Positions 25,650 through 39,068 of a stretch of 64,000 nt of DNA are shown in pieces; within the stretch, counting starts at the first letter, position 1; the number at the start of each line of letters is the position of its first letter. Origin of the DNA: Podarcis erhardii (Eukaryota); the NCBI GenBank assembly GCA_964252035.1, contig OZ176201.1, one strand, 5' to 3'. A model generated the notes under the pieces. That model made no database searches, had not been told where the DNA came from, and saw only the letters and a program-made list of their open reading frames with translations. The position numbers and the translations under genes were made by a program.

Positions 25650-25984
25650 GCGCTGTGGGTTAAACCACTGAGCCTAGGACTTGCCGATCAGAAGGTCGGC
25701 GGTTCGAATCCCCATGACGGGGTGAGCTCTCGTCGCTCGGTCCCTGCTCCTGCCAACCTAGCAGTTTGAAAGCATGTCAAAGCGCAAGTAGATAAATAGG
25801 TACCGCTCCGGCGGGAAGGTAAACGGCGTTTCCGTGTGCTGCTCTGGTTTGCCAGAAGCGGCTTAGTCATGCTGGCCGCATGACCCGGAAACTGTACACC
25901 GGCTCCCTCGGCCAATAAAGCGAGATGAGCGCCACAACCCCAGAGTCATCCAGGACTGGACCTAATGGCCAGGGGTCCTTTTTT
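25650..25984 (+). mobile_element. Sauria SINE (slightly 5'-truncated)
   Basis: GCGCTGTGGGTTAAACC...B box GGTTCGAATCCC...CCTGCCAACCTAGCAGTTTGAAAGC...GGCCAATAAAGCGAGATGAGCGCC...GGGGTCCTTT matches the recalled Sauria SINE structure. Confidence 0.9.
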
Positions 25985-26184
25985 AGTATGATAATGGAAT
26001 CCTCCGACTCTTGGTTTCTTGAATCCAACAGGACCAGACTGACAAGCCTCCTTCAATTTGATCTGATCAACTGATTTGCACCGCAACATAATAATGCAAC
26101 TTGAAACACAACAGGGGGAAACAACCTCCAGGTGTTTCAAGTCACTCGTTTGTAGAGGGCCCTCAGTAAACTGGACTATTAGAC

Positions 26185-26269
26185 TGCAATCCTAACCATG
26201 ACTACTCCAAAGTAAGTCCAATTGAATCCAATGGGGCTTACTCCCAAGGTAAGTGATGTTAGAATTGCA
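26185..26269. repeat. Short palindromic MITE-like repeat (dispersed family)
   Basis: Ends TGCAATCCTAAC/GTTAGAATTGCA with a self-complementary core; related copies at ~11545, 13005, 22420-22555, 42140, 59565-59785 and 61325. Confidence 0.6.
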
Positions 26270-26299
26270 ACTTTGCTTGAAAAGAGGCCTAAATTGGGG

Positions 26300-27050
26300 C
26301 ACACAGTCTCCCATACTTTAATTAACAACAATAAAAATTAAATGAAAATCTATTAATATTTAATAAAATACAAACAAAATCTCCTAAACATGAGTGATGC
26401 CCTCATACAATAACAATAAATAAATGTAATAATACAAAGACCTACAAAACATATAGTAGCATACAAAATAATTTTAAAAAATCATGCCATCTATATGGTA
26501 AAAATAACTCTAGCTTCATTGATTTATTGTATACCAACCAATATTGTATGAAAGGACTCTATGTCATATAAAAAATTATCTCTTTTATAAACAATTTTGG
26601 CTACACTCCACATTTTATATAGCCACTCCATCATTGAGGATAATTTATTATCTGTCTTCCGTTTGGCAGCAGCAAACATTCTAGCTGCTAATAATCGGGT
26701 TCATATTTGGCTTATCCATGAAATCGTTTAAGTAGCCTTCTGAGTAAAATTGCCTAGGATTGCATTGTTAGTTACCTATCACAATAACCTCTATTTGCTA
26801 CAGTGGTAGTAGTAAGGGTATAGGACATTTTCCAGTTACAAACTAAACTGAAATGAAACCTAAGATTTTACTACAGGTGGCAGATTTTTTTTAAAAGACG
26901 GTTTACCATTTGGTAATATGTCTTTGAACAAAAGTTGTGTGAGATGCATAGGGACAGATATAGATTTCAAACATCAGTAGAGATAATTATGGGGGAAACC
27001 CCCCAGATATTATAACATGCAAAATGGGTAATTTCATAGTAAAATGCATA
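26300..27050 (-). mobile_element. Degenerate L1 ORF2 C-terminus and 3' UTR
   Basis: TRLLAARMFAAAKRK...SSMMEWLYKMWSVAK resembles the squamate L1 C-terminal AAR...W...EW...W motif. Confidence 0.55.
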
Positions 27051-27175
27051 GGATCCAACTCCTAGGGGCCGAGGTCCCTTCCTTCCATCCTGCCACATCA
27101 TTCAGGAAGGTGCCACCTCTGCAACACTGCCCTACCCCTTCCACCATTCCTGAAGGTATGTATACAACACACCTA

Positions 27176-27540
27176 CCGTATTGGCCTGAATATAAGCGTC
27201 ACTTTCCCCCCAAATTCTGACCATGAAAAGTTAAGGTGCGGCTTATATTCACGACCTTATGCTATGCAGCCAGGAAGGTGGGCCAAACAGCGCCAGGAGC
27301 TCGGCAAAGCAGCGCCCACCCCGTGTATAGTCCCCCATCTTCTCCCCCCAAGGTCAGGAAGGGAGAGAGTGAGGAAGGGGAAAGGCCGCCGGCAACGCAG
27401 CACAGCTCCCCCCTCCCTCAGTATGCAGCCAGGAGCTGCGAGGAATGGAGTGGAGTGGCTTATATTCAAGTATCCCCCCCCCAATCAATTTTAAAGGTGT
27501 GGTTTATATTTGGATGTGGCTTATATTTGGGCCAATACGG
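27176..27540. mobile_element. Tc1/mariner (Tc2/pogo-like) MITE
   Basis: 22-bp TIR CCGTATTGGCCTGAATATAAGC (20/22), TA on both sides. Confidence 0.88.
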
Positions 27541-27604
27541 TATGTCTTGTATTTGGTGGGTATACCATACACCAGCGTCATTTAACATGCAGGTTGGCGA
27601 GTTA

Positions 27605-27863
27605 CCGTATTTTTCGCTCTATAAGACGCACCAGACCACAAGATGCACCTAATTTTTGGAGGAGGAAAACAAGAAGAAAAATATTCTGAATCTCAGAAGC
27701 CAGAACAGCAAGAGAGATTGCTGCGCAGTGAAAGCAGCAATCCCTCTTGCTGTTCTGGCTTCTTGGATAGCTGCGCAGCCTGCATTCGCCCCATAGGATG
27801 CACACACATTTCCCCTCACTTTTTAGGAGGGAAAAAGTGAGTCTTATAGAGCAAAAAATACAG
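27605..27863. mobile_element. Tc1/mariner (Tc2-like) MITE with internal hairpin
   Basis: 23-bp TIR CCGTATTTTTCGCTCTATAAGAC (21/23), TA on both sides; 30-bp internal inverted repeat. Confidence 0.88.
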
Positions 27864-28719
27864 TAATTATTGCTCCAGTTTGGAAATTTTCATTTGTAAC
27901 TTCAACCATCATACTCCAGAATCCTTATGCCTTAGGATATTCCCACTATAAACGATAGAAGTTTCCTTTTTTTTCTTTACAAAATCAACTATGGCAAGCT
28001 GCCATTTTATCTACCATCTCACTTTTTCAAGGTGCTCAATGCCATTCACACAGCTCTCTTTGTTGCTTACAAATTCTGTAATGGTTGTCCCTTTTCTATT
28101 TTTAAAAAGACACCAAATCTGTACTTTGCAAATCTTACATCCCACATACTTCTTTGATGAAGTTTTCCTGGAGATGTTCCCTTGATAGCATTTGCTAAAC
28201 ATTGTGGGGTAGAGGATCTTATTTTCCCACCCTAATGTTAACGGCCATTCAGCAAAAGATTGCAGAAGTGTGTGATATGATTGCCCCTACTAATGCAAAA
28301 TACAAATACAATTTAAAACCAAACAAGAAACATAAATAAATACAACAAAAGATGCAAGTACCACCCCCAACTAAAAAGCAATATATGGGAAAATTAATTA
28401 GAAGTCATTATGTCAGCTAAGTTTTTACTGAGCCCAGAGAACTTTAGATGTTTTTAAGTCCAAATGAAACCTGTGGAGCTTGAGTTGGTTGTGAATTGAG
28501 CACAAACCCATTAAACATAAATGGGAATAGGTCCAAACTAAAGGACATGGTCCAGCCAAAGTTAAGTGAGTGTAAGTTTCACAGATTTCAATGAGAAAAT
28601 TTGACCCTCTGTGTAAAATTGATGGGACATAAAAGCTTAACTTTGTCAAGAACATACCCAGATTTGTTTGCGGATGAACAGAGAAGCATTTAATATGCAA
28701 GAGCCAAAGCAATCAACCT

Positions 28720-29100
28720 GTTCAAAGATTTTAGATGGGCGTCAATTACCTCACACCTCTCAGAATGAAGATTATGTAGAAATATGAGTGGATATGTGGG
28801 CAGGTCTCTATGGATTTATCATATGTGGTGGTCCTATACTAAAGTTACAGAATTTTTGGGAACTGGTGTTAAGATATTATTGTACATGTTATTACATAAA
28901 GATTGGCCCAGTTGCTTTTTATCTGTCACTTGAGTTTGTTAAAAGAATCAGTGTCTCTGGCTCATATGGATTTGGTAAAATATATTATTGCTGCTGCGAG
29001 ATGATTATATTATAGCCAAGAACTGGAAGTCATCACAGAAACGGACATAAAAAAAAGAAACCTACTTATTAAAACTGTGTAACATAATGTAAATGAACAA
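28720..29100 (+). mobile_element. Degenerate L1 ORF2 C-terminus
   Basis: IYHMWWSYTKV..FWE and IIAAAR...AKNWK remnants (HMWW.C...FW motif of the L1 CCHC region), with frameshifts. Confidence 0.6.
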
Positions 29101-30371
29101 TCCTATTATATAGAGAGACACGAGAGAAAATCCAGAAAACTCAGGTCACTAGAAGACTTTGGAAGAAGGCATAATAGGATTTATTTCCCAGCGGAACTGC
29201 AAACATCAAAACCAGAATCTCCAGGACTTTAATATCAGCATTATAGCTCAGGAGAAAATGCAGGCTGTGGGGCCCTGATATGGTGGGCAGATTGTAAAGA
29301 CATCCACATATGCAAATAGAGCCTGGACCAAATCTCTGTGGTACACAGCACAGCGGGGTGGCCATGCCTCTAACCCACCTTGCTTGAGGTTCCTCAGAAT
29401 GCCAGGCCACTCTTGCTTAGAGTAAGCCTTGGTGAGCCCTTTGTTCTCAGAACGTAGGAGCCTGGTTCATCATAGGACACCTCTAGAGGCTTTGCCTAGA
29501 TTCCTGTGCTTAAGTTCCTTCCTTTCCTTCTCCGAGGCTCGTCCCTGTACAGAATTACCACAGACAGTACTAGTGCTCCTTCCCTCAATACCACCCTCCC
29601 TTTGGCTTTTAGGAAATGAGGTTGCCATCTTCACCTATCAGTGTTTTGGTCATCTGCAGCGTTGAGGTAGAGGAAGCCGCTCTTTCCTTGCATGTCTGTG
29701 TTCTAGTAGTCAGCATCAAATGCTGTGGGGCTTTTTCCTGCAGCCACCTCTGCCTCCCTGCTCTTCCTTCCCTCTCTCACACAAGCCCACACCTCCCTCT
29801 CAGCGTTTCTGCTTTTTTCCTGTACACTGAAAGAGAAGCTGTGCCCTCCAGCCTGACGCTGGTTTTTGCTGGAGAAGCTTCCTGCACATACTCACGGAGG
29901 CATGAGTCAATTGCCAGTACCTCCTCACACGGTGGTTCCAAAGGCAGCCATTTCTTGGCCTGTGGCCTGGTGCTGGATCAAAGACATGATGCAAAAGGAA
30001 AAGGGGATTAGGAGGGAGGAAGAAGGAAAAAAGCAAACTCACACACAGATGCTTAGTCACAAAGTTCTTTTAACAAACACCAAGAATGGAAAACAGTTCA
30101 GTGAGAGGAGCAGCCATAACCTGCTGAGTGAGGTGCTCTATTTTCCTTCTATTCCTGCTTTCACTGGAGCAGGTGACAGCTGATGGAGCTGGCTTCTCAG
30201 CAGAGATGTTCATTCCTCTGCATCCTTTCTCTCTCTTTGCTGTAGGCTGACAGAATGGCTATTGATGGAGGGAGGGGTCTTGTAGTGTGAGATGACTCCC
30301 ACCCCTGGGAGGCTGATTGTTTGGGGACTTGAACACAAAGATGAGATAGACCATCTCCTAAAGTTGTTCCA

Positions 30372-30648
30372 GAAGAAGAAGGAGGAGGAGGAGGAGGAGG
30401 AGAGGAGGAGGAGGAGTTTGGATTTGATATCCCGCTTTATCACTACCCGAAGGAGTCTCAAAGCGGCTAACAATCTTCTTTTCCCTTCCTCCCCCACAAC
30501 AAACACTCTGTGATGTGAGTGGGGCTGAGAGACTTCAGAGAAGTGTGACTGGCCCAGGGTCACACAGCAGCTGCATGTGGAGGAGCAGGGAATCGAACCC
30601 GGTTCCCCAGATTACGAGTCTATCGCTCTTAACCACTACACCACACCA
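30372..30648 (-). mobile_element. Squam3-type tRNA/CORE SINE
   Basis: A box GTGGTGTAGTGG, B box GGTTCGATTCC, CORE-like GACCCTGGGCCAGTCAC, and a (CCT)n tail. Confidence 0.85.
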
Positions 30649-33600
30649 ACTTTATAACTCAATTTTTTTTAAAAGGGAGGATATTCTCTATAAGCAGCAT
30701 GCACACTCTACTCTTGAGACCACTCAGAGGTATTTGCATATCACATGTGTGTGTGTTTGGGTACTGCTGCCTCATTTACTTCAGCTGAGAGAACAGCTTC
30801 ATGTGCCTATTTCTTTGTGTGTGCTTGATTTACTCTCTCTATAGGAATGAATGAGGCACCTGGTGGGTATGAGAATTGCTACCACCATGACAGTAAACTA
30901 CACTCCACACAGCGCTTACTCTTGGAGTATGCCCAACCCAAATTCCATATGCCCATCTGTACTCTTTCAGAAGTGATTTCGGATTGCATCCCTAATAAGC
31001 GAGTGCCTGTACTGTGAAAGCAAAGAGCCAAATACTTCACAGCCAAATGTGGTAGAAGACAGAGCAGAACATGACCAAATCTGTAAATGATCACATATTT
31101 GCCTTTGGGGGCAATACATCTTTGAAAAGAAAAAGACGAGAATAAAATCCACTAAAAGATGAGACCGCTTGAGTTGCTTATGAAAGCAGCCAATAATTTA
31201 TCATTTTCTCCCATTGCACCACTACTAAAAAAATGATATACAATCTGCAGTGTTGTGTTGCATTTCTCCCTCTCTCTCTTTAGGCTGGAATCTAAGCCCA
31301 AAGTGAAATCAGATTGCTCGAAATATTGGTCAAAGCCTCTTCCTACCAATGTGGTACTCATTTAGGCTCGATCTCCTGTATTTAATCATAACTGTTAAAC
31401 TCGCCTTTGTAGTGTAATTGCAAAATTGTACTAAGAATCTGCACTGGGGGAAAAGGCAAGTGTCCCCTTTGCATCTCAATTCCTGTGTTGCAAATAAAAG
31501 TATTCATAACATCAAAACTATCTCTCCAACCACTGACTCCCTTGCAACATGTGGGTCATGTAAGCTGCTTCCAAAAGTTGGGGCTATGCAGATAGGACAA
31601 AAGTTACCAAAACATAGATCTGACTTCTTTTTTCTCTCCTTCTTGAAAAACTTCCTAACTCTACACATGGCTGAGCTGCATAAAAGCACAAGGTTTTTAT
31701 CATTGCATCAAGGCATCATGCTTGATTGGTTTCATCTGTTTTACCCAAATCGAATAAGCAGTTATTTATCTTATTCTCCCTGTCTCTATTTTCAGTGTCT
31801 TGGGCTTGGAAATGAATTGTGCTCTTACTTAACCAGAACTGGGATGCAATCTTCAATCTGACAAGTTGCTATTGGGGGGTTGGGGGGTTGGGGTTGATGC
31901 TTTTTCAGAACAGCCAGTTTCTACATAATTCCTCTTTAGGAATTTGTAGTTTAACAAACAGGCGAGGTCATGTGTGTCACAGGGAGCATTTAGAAGAAGT
32001 AAGAAGCAAGAGGGTGGGGTGGGGGATGTAATCCTCAGAACCAACTGATTAGAAAATGGAATCCTTTGAAGAATGGCTCATTCAGAATAATCTTCTTTGA
32101 ATTCTGTGATGTGCTTCAATCATCTTAGACACCTTAACAAATAGAACATAATCCCTTTGTCCAGAACATCAAACGGGCATGGTACTTAGAGACCAGCCTT
32201 GGGAGGTGCTGAGCGCCCTTGCCTGCTATTCCCGACAGTGGGAGCAGAATGTGCTTGCATCGGGGGGGGGGGGAGAAAGTGAAGTGATCTGAATGTGTAT
32301 GTATGAGAAATTTTAGTGCAATAGCAAATGCTAGCTTAACATCATTGCATAAGTGGATTTCTCAAAGATTCCTGGATTACTGCTATGGTGGTTGCTATAA
32401 ATATACTCAAATTAGACAACAAATTAGACAACACAATTTCTTGTTTGTATCTAGGTGCTCCCTAAAACCAACCTCAAGATCAATTCACAAGGCTGTATGT
32501 CAGACTTGTATTTGGTTTCTATGGGCTTAACCTTGTCAGCTCATTTTTGAAGCATGGCAAAGTGGTCATTGGAACATCCCACCCACCTGCCCATTGGTTT
32601 CATCGCCACAAATGGCAGGGCAGTTCTGGTTAAACTGGGACATGGGCAAACAGTAGAGTACAGCTCTACTGTATAGCTGCTTGTCCAAAGGCTGGATAGG
32701 AAGCATGGGTTGAATGTAAGACCCCACCCCCTGGTGTTGCAATTTGGCCCTTGAAACACATGTCTTCCTCAAACAGTCCCTAAAGCACATGCCACAAAAG
32801 TGGCTAGATCATTTCACCAGAACTAGCCCCTGCTATTCTGTACATGGAGAGCATCATCATGTGCACACAGGTCCAGTGGGGTTCAAATATGTATGCTGTG
32901 CTATCTCCATACAGCTCCATAGGAGCCACCTAAATGCCTGCTGGCGGGGTGCAGGATTCTGGAAAGAGGATGAGGGAGCTGCACAAGCAGATCTGTTGAT
33001 CTTGTGATCCAGTCCTGCCCCAGATAGACCCCATGTGGTCTGGCTGCCTCTTTCCACTTTTCCTGCCAGACTCTCCAATGCCAATACGTAAGTGACATGC
33101 CAAAATAGAGGCTTTCACCCCTTTGGACTTGAAGGCTGGATTGTGCTCCATATTTGTAAATTGAGTAAAAATGTGCATATTTGTCTACCTTTTGGACCAC
33201 ATCACTTTCATTAATGGCCTTAATTAGAATTAGTGTTGGCTTGAGACTAAGAGTGACCTCAGAACCCTGTTTTATATTTCACCTCTGCCATGGACACATT
33301 ATATAATAAGAATCATTCAGCATCCCTTGATATGCATCTGTAACACAGAGTAATAATAAATAATAAATAAAATAAAATAATTGTCCAGTAGCACCCTAGA
33401 GACCAAATAAGTTTGTTCTGGGTATAAGCTTTTGTGTGCATGCACACTTCTTCAGATAGTATCTGCAACTGGACAATTATTATTATTTATTTATTTCCTC
33501 TGTGTCAGACCAACATGGCTACCTACCTGAACAGAGTAATAATGTCTGTCTGCTTCGCAGGGTTGTTGTTAGGTCCCCAAGGATGCTTAGTCCCCGAGAA

Positions 33601-34862
33601 AGTGCTGTGCAAATAACAGCGATTATTGCTGTTGCTACTGCTGCTGCTGCTATTAAATTTATGGGCATTGAAATTATTGGTTGTTGAGATTACTTATTGA
33701 GCACTGGAAATGCCTTAACGCTGTAGCTTAGAGAAGACAGGGAAAGGATTTCTAGCATAAGGGGTTTTATTTTAAAGTTGATTTTATTTGGCAATTTTTG
33801 GAAAGAAAACCATCAACAGAATCTTGCTACTGATATTTTAGAATTTTGAAGTGAAATCAGTATTATATCAGCTTGGCTCTCTTTTCGTAGTGTTGATTGA
33901 TGAAACTGAACTGATTATTGATTATTGTGAAGGTTCCAGTTGCACCTTAGGGTGTCTTACTGACGTTGTTTTGATCATTGCTTATTATATGGAAACTATA
34001 TCATTCCATAAAAGCCAAATAGTTGCAGGAACCAATAAGAAGGTGAGGATGGCAGAAAACTGGGAGGATGGATTATGGAACCAAGCGATTGAGATCCTGA
34101 AGGGTGATCATTCCACACTGCAGTATTTTGTGGCAGCACCTACCAATGGTTTATTAACAAGCTATGCTTTGAGGGAAAACTTCACTAATAAACAATGCAG
34201 AGAACTTGACAGCAGAAGATCAGGGCATCAGGTTGCAAAAGAAAGCTTCCATCACAAGCACACACTGTGCTAGGGAAGTCATATCTCATTATGAAACACG
34301 GGGAAAGATGTATAAGGAAATAAAATGACCTTTTTTATTACTTTGTATTCACTTTATTCCCCCACCCTGGCAAGCTTTTACTTTATTAATAATAAAAAAT
34401 AGTGCCTTGGAGAATACTATAAAAATGTTTGTGTTGCAGTAGGCATAAAGCTAGTTCTATGCCCTGTTTCTACAGCAGGACAGAATAGACAGATAAGCTT
34501 TTTGGGTTTTTTTAAAAAAAGATAGGATGAGCATGAATTAATCTTCTAAGCATTATAATATTCACTGATTAGTCCTAAAAGAAGGCTGCACTCAGGACAG
34601 CCAGTGCCCATTTCAATAGACTGAACTGTTTTCATCTTCTGAATGTTTGCCATGAATAAGCTCTGCTCACTCTTTGTAGATATAAAATCCAACAAAGTAT
34701 GTTCATTGTGATCAACTACATCAGACATTTGGAAATTCTGAATATGGCAAGGATCTGAGTGGGGTATACAGTGTTTCCCCAGGGTCTCTAGCTGTTTTTG
34801 GACAACAGTTCCTATCTTCCCTGACCACAGGTCCTGCTAGCTAGGAATGATGGAAGTTGTAG

Positions 34863-34865
<3 letters not shown>

Positions 34866-34912
<47 letters not shown>
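34866..34912. repeat. (GA)n microsatellite
   Basis: About 23 units. Confidence 0.97.
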
Positions 34913-34916
<4 letters not shown>

Positions 34917-36638
34917 GACAGTACTATAAGCTATTACAGCCACAGCTGGCTAAGTTACTCAGGAAGCTGAGAATGAAAAACTTGTGCTACATCAGTGTTT
35001 CCCAAGCTTGAATCTCTAGCTGTTTTTGCAAAATAAACTTTCAAAAAGAGCAACATTGTACCGGGGATTGGATAGAAGGCTCCTTGCTGACATCACATTG
35101 TGGAGAAGAGAGCAGAGATCACCAGGGCCATGCAAATAGTAAATTATTTGCAAGTAGTTTGCCTCCCTTTGCTAGTAACTAACAGGCATAGTGTGCTTCA
35201 GGCATAGTATGCTTGATAGGCTTGTTAGGCCAGGATGGGGAACTACAGATCTGGAAGGTAAATATGGCCCTCTGGACCCCTCTGCATGGTCTAGGATTCT
35301 TCCCATGTCACACCCCTTACTGACCACTTCTTATCTGCCTGGATGTGTGTGCAGAAAGCTGTGAATTGTACATGGTTTGAATGTAGCTTATTGCGCTAAG
35401 AGAATAGTTGCTCCACCCTCTTTTTGCTTACAGCCACCACTGGCACGTAGACCCCTGAGGGAAGGCAACCTTCAGACTGAGAAAGGTTCTCTGCCTCTAC
35501 TGAAGTGCTTGGACTGAGGCGGGCCAACATTTTCTCATAAATATCCTGGTACATTCCGCTCTTATTTTTAAAGGTCAAATAATAATAATAATAAAAGAGG
35601 AGGAGCATCAAATTTTACAGCTGTTAGTTATAAACATGACAGACTGCTGCTTATGAAGGAACAGAGTTCAGCAGCTAACTCTAAATTAATGACTGTATCG
35701 GGTGGTATAATATTAATGTTAATAAGCAATACCAATTCCACATAAGGTTGCGAATACGCACACCCGTTATGAATTTGTAACACCCACGCGTTTTACGCCA
35801 ATGCCAATCTATAGTGTATTCATAATTAGTTCCATAAAGCAGACAGTAAAAAGACAGTGGAGGATCTCGTGTCACATTGGTACAAATTACTCTGACCTTT
35901 CCCAGTCTTTAAAGGAAGAGCAGTCATCCTTCTTTAATTCACTGGCCCTGCGATGGAGCCTCCAATGGAGGCCTATTCGTCACGTTGTGTTTTTCTAACC
36001 AGGAACATGTTTCTTATCACATGAGCTGGGCAGGGCTTTCCCCTGTATTTCCACTCTCCCCCTCCTCAAAGCTCAACAGTGTTTTATTGACCAGCCTCCT
36101 TGCTTTAGACTTGAGCTCGTGTTCTCTGAGGAAGTACAAGTGGCAGTTACGCAAGTCTTTCCTTCTCTGCCTTGGCAACGTTCGCCGGGGAGATTTACAG
36201 CCTTCACCTTTCAGATATAGAGGAATTGGTTGTTTAACTTGACTGAGAATAATTCTGACATGGGAAACACTGTCAGAATTTAAACAGATCCTCCAGGAGC
36301 CAGTCATCTGGAAAGGCCTGCGATTTAACAATCACGCTGTCTTCTTTGTATTTCCATGGCGTAATTGGCTAGTGACACCCTGATTTTGAACTGATTCTGA
36401 GGCTCAGCTCGCTGACTTTTGACCTGGAATTAGTGGGGCAGGAGATATGGAAACAATATGGCACTTGGACCAGAAGTGAACAGTGGAACAAATGGGTATG
36501 AATTATTTTATTTAGTAAAACTAATTGCTGCCACAAGCACTCCAATTGCTTTAACTGTTTTCATATATGCAGCTGTTTCTTACATGTTTTCATTGTATTT
36601 GTGTGTCACTTTGGAACGCCTCATGGGAAGTGAATCAT

Positions 36639-36666
36639 TGATGATGATGATGATGATGATGATGAT
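36639..36666. repeat. (GAT)n microsatellite
   Basis: About 9 units. Confidence 0.95.
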
Positions 36667-38379
36667 AGACTTGATCCCCTTGTTGTTTGCAATCTTCAGT
36701 TCAGAAGAGTGAGGACAAATAACACAAGTCTGATGATTTGAAGCTATTTACAATCAAGTAGTACATACGTTTTATGAAATAAATATGAAATAAAATGTCC
36801 CTCCCATACTTTGGAGTGAGGCTTAATATAGGCTGATCCAGCCCTTCCATTTTCCAACATTCACCCTCAGATTCCCAGCCTCCTGCTCTCAGATCTGAAA
36901 ACTCCTTACAGGAACCAGCCCTAACACTGGGCAGAGTGGGGAGCCTGCCTGAAGCCGTTTCTGCTGAGCCACATGGAAGGGTAGCAAATGGTTGGTTATT
37001 TTATTACTGTTGCATTTTTTATGGCCTGAGAGGTAAGGCAATGGTGGTGCTTCAGATACCAAAATAGCTTGACAGGCCTTGGGTACACTAAACCTTGAAC
37101 TGCAGGTGAGGACGGTGCCATTTGCTGCTTTGTCGCATGCAGCAAAATGTGTTGCTGCCACCCAATGAGTTTCCGGGCTAAGAAGAGATGCAAAACCAGA
37201 TCTCATTGCTCTTAATGGATAATCAGTAGTAGACAATCATTTCTCCTACACAACACAGTCATTTTATTTTTCTTATTAAAAATATGTGGCCTATAGGAAT
37301 TTGAGGTCCCCACCACCCCACCACCAATGACAGACCACACAGAGAGAGCTATTGCTGGACTTCCATTTCCATCATCCTTGAACACTGGGCCATGCTGGCT
37401 GTGGCTGATGGGACATGGAGTCAAGCAACACCTGGAGAGCACTGTGTACCCCATCCCTGACTAAACAGGGGATGAAAGGGGAGAGGGAAGAGGAGGAGGC
37501 AGCAGTGATGGCAGAGGCAGTGGTGGGTGGAACCACTTTCTCTCCCATGAGGTCCAGATCTGTCACCTACTTCATGAGCCCTGGTCCAAGAGGCTGTTGT
37601 ACAAGTTTATAAACATTTACAAGAGGCACAATTTGGGGCCATCCAGAGTGAACCTGGGGCATTCCAAAGGCCTCTAGCCTCATGATCTCCATATACTTGT
37701 TTCCCCTAATTGGCTGAGGCACCATCTGGAGTTGGATGGTTGTTCATCATTGTGTCATGAGGCTGAAGACCTGCTGTGGCCGTTAGCTGCCAGAACATCT
37801 GGAGCCCACTTAGTTCTTTGGGGTGGGGACCTGGAGCAGTTTTTTAAACAGCTGGACATACGGCTTCTTTGCCCAGCATTGTGTTTATCCAAAGTTGTTA
37901 GATTTCTCTCACAAGACCCTTTGATACAGCTGACAGAGGAGCGAGTGCTTCTAGGTTCCAAACTGACGCATCACAGACATTGACCTTAGATCACCTTCAT
38001 GGATAGCATATAAACACATTTCTTAACAAATGGTTGGATGGCTGCAATTTCGCACTAAAAAATGCTGCAGTTCCTGAAACCAGAAAGCTGTCTTACTATT
38101 GAACTAATTTCTATCACTTGTCTCAGTGTCTCTGAGGTACTAATTTATCCAACCATTTATCCACCCATGAAATGTACTCCCTTTTTGTTCTGTACTTCAC
38201 GTGTTTGTTTATTTATTTTGCGTTAGCCTTTTTTTCCAGCCCAAAGGAGCATTCTATGGCAGTCTACCAATATATTTTCTACATATGCTCAAGCTCATTA
38301 CACAATTTGCCTCTTGGAAGACTTGTAAATTCTTCTTTCTTTGCCAGGAATTGTGGGAGAACAAGTGAAAGCGATTTCA

Positions 38380-38560
38380 CATAAGAGCAGCTTTGCTGCA
38401 TCAGACCAAGAGTCCATTTAACCCAGCATCCTGTTTCCAGAAGTGGCTATCCAGATGCTTCTGGGAAGTACACAAGAAGGACATGGAGCCAGCGGTCTTC
38501 ATTCATCCCCCTCAATCACCTGCTATTCAGAGGTAGACCGCTTCTAAACATGGAGGTTCT
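38380..38560 (-). mobile_element. CR1-related 3' end (second copy)
   Basis: CATAAGAGCAGCTTTGCTGCATCAGACCAAGAGTCCATTTAACCCAGCATCC, homologous to the 6937 copy. Confidence 0.6.
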
Positions 38561-38715
38561 AAGGGTTCAGGTAAGTAAGAGGCAGTGCATAAATAGGAGG
38601 TAGGATGCCCCATTCTCCAACAGCTAGAGAAGCGCTAAAGTGGTTTCTACACCATTAGCAAAAGTTAGCCATGCATTAGCTGGACTTTCTTTATAATATA
38701 AGGGTAACAAGCATT

Positions 38716-38757
<42 letters not shown>

Positions 38758-38810
38758 CGTCTCAATAATTTGTGGGAGGAACTGATTCCACACCAGAAGG
38801 CAGATTTTGG

Positions 38811-38811
<1 letters not shown>

Positions 38812-38860
<49 letters not shown>

Positions 38861-39068
38861 TCCATCTGACTGGGTTGCTCCAGTCACTCTTGGCGGCTTC
38901 CAACAAATTAAGCACGGTAACATCAAACATCAAACATCAAAAACTTCAGGACTATACAGGGCTGACTTCAGGTATCTTCTAAAAGTCAGATAGTTGTTTA
39001 TTTCCTTGACATCTGACAGGACAGCTTTCCACAGGGTGGGCACGACTACCGAAAAGGCCCTCTGTATG
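38812..39068 (-). mobile_element. L2 3' end with (ATA)n tail
   Basis: Homologous to the 62.2 kb copies (CCATCTGACTGGGTTGCTCCAGTCACTCTTGGCGGCTTCCA). Confidence 0.8.

Noticed and set aside
30600-30648. tRNA gene (A and B boxes)
   Set aside because: It is the head of a SINE: it continues into the CORE domain and tail, with no cloverleaf or poly-T terminator.
33851-34273. 140-aa ORF in AT-rich DNA
   Set aside because: TTG/GTG-type start, no recognisable family and no convincing splice context; possibly decayed TE. A BLASTP/TBLASTN search would settle it.
38665-38993. Poly-Ile/Tyr/Leu ORFs (also the HTHT and SLSL ORFs elsewhere)
   Set aside because: Translations of microsatellites.
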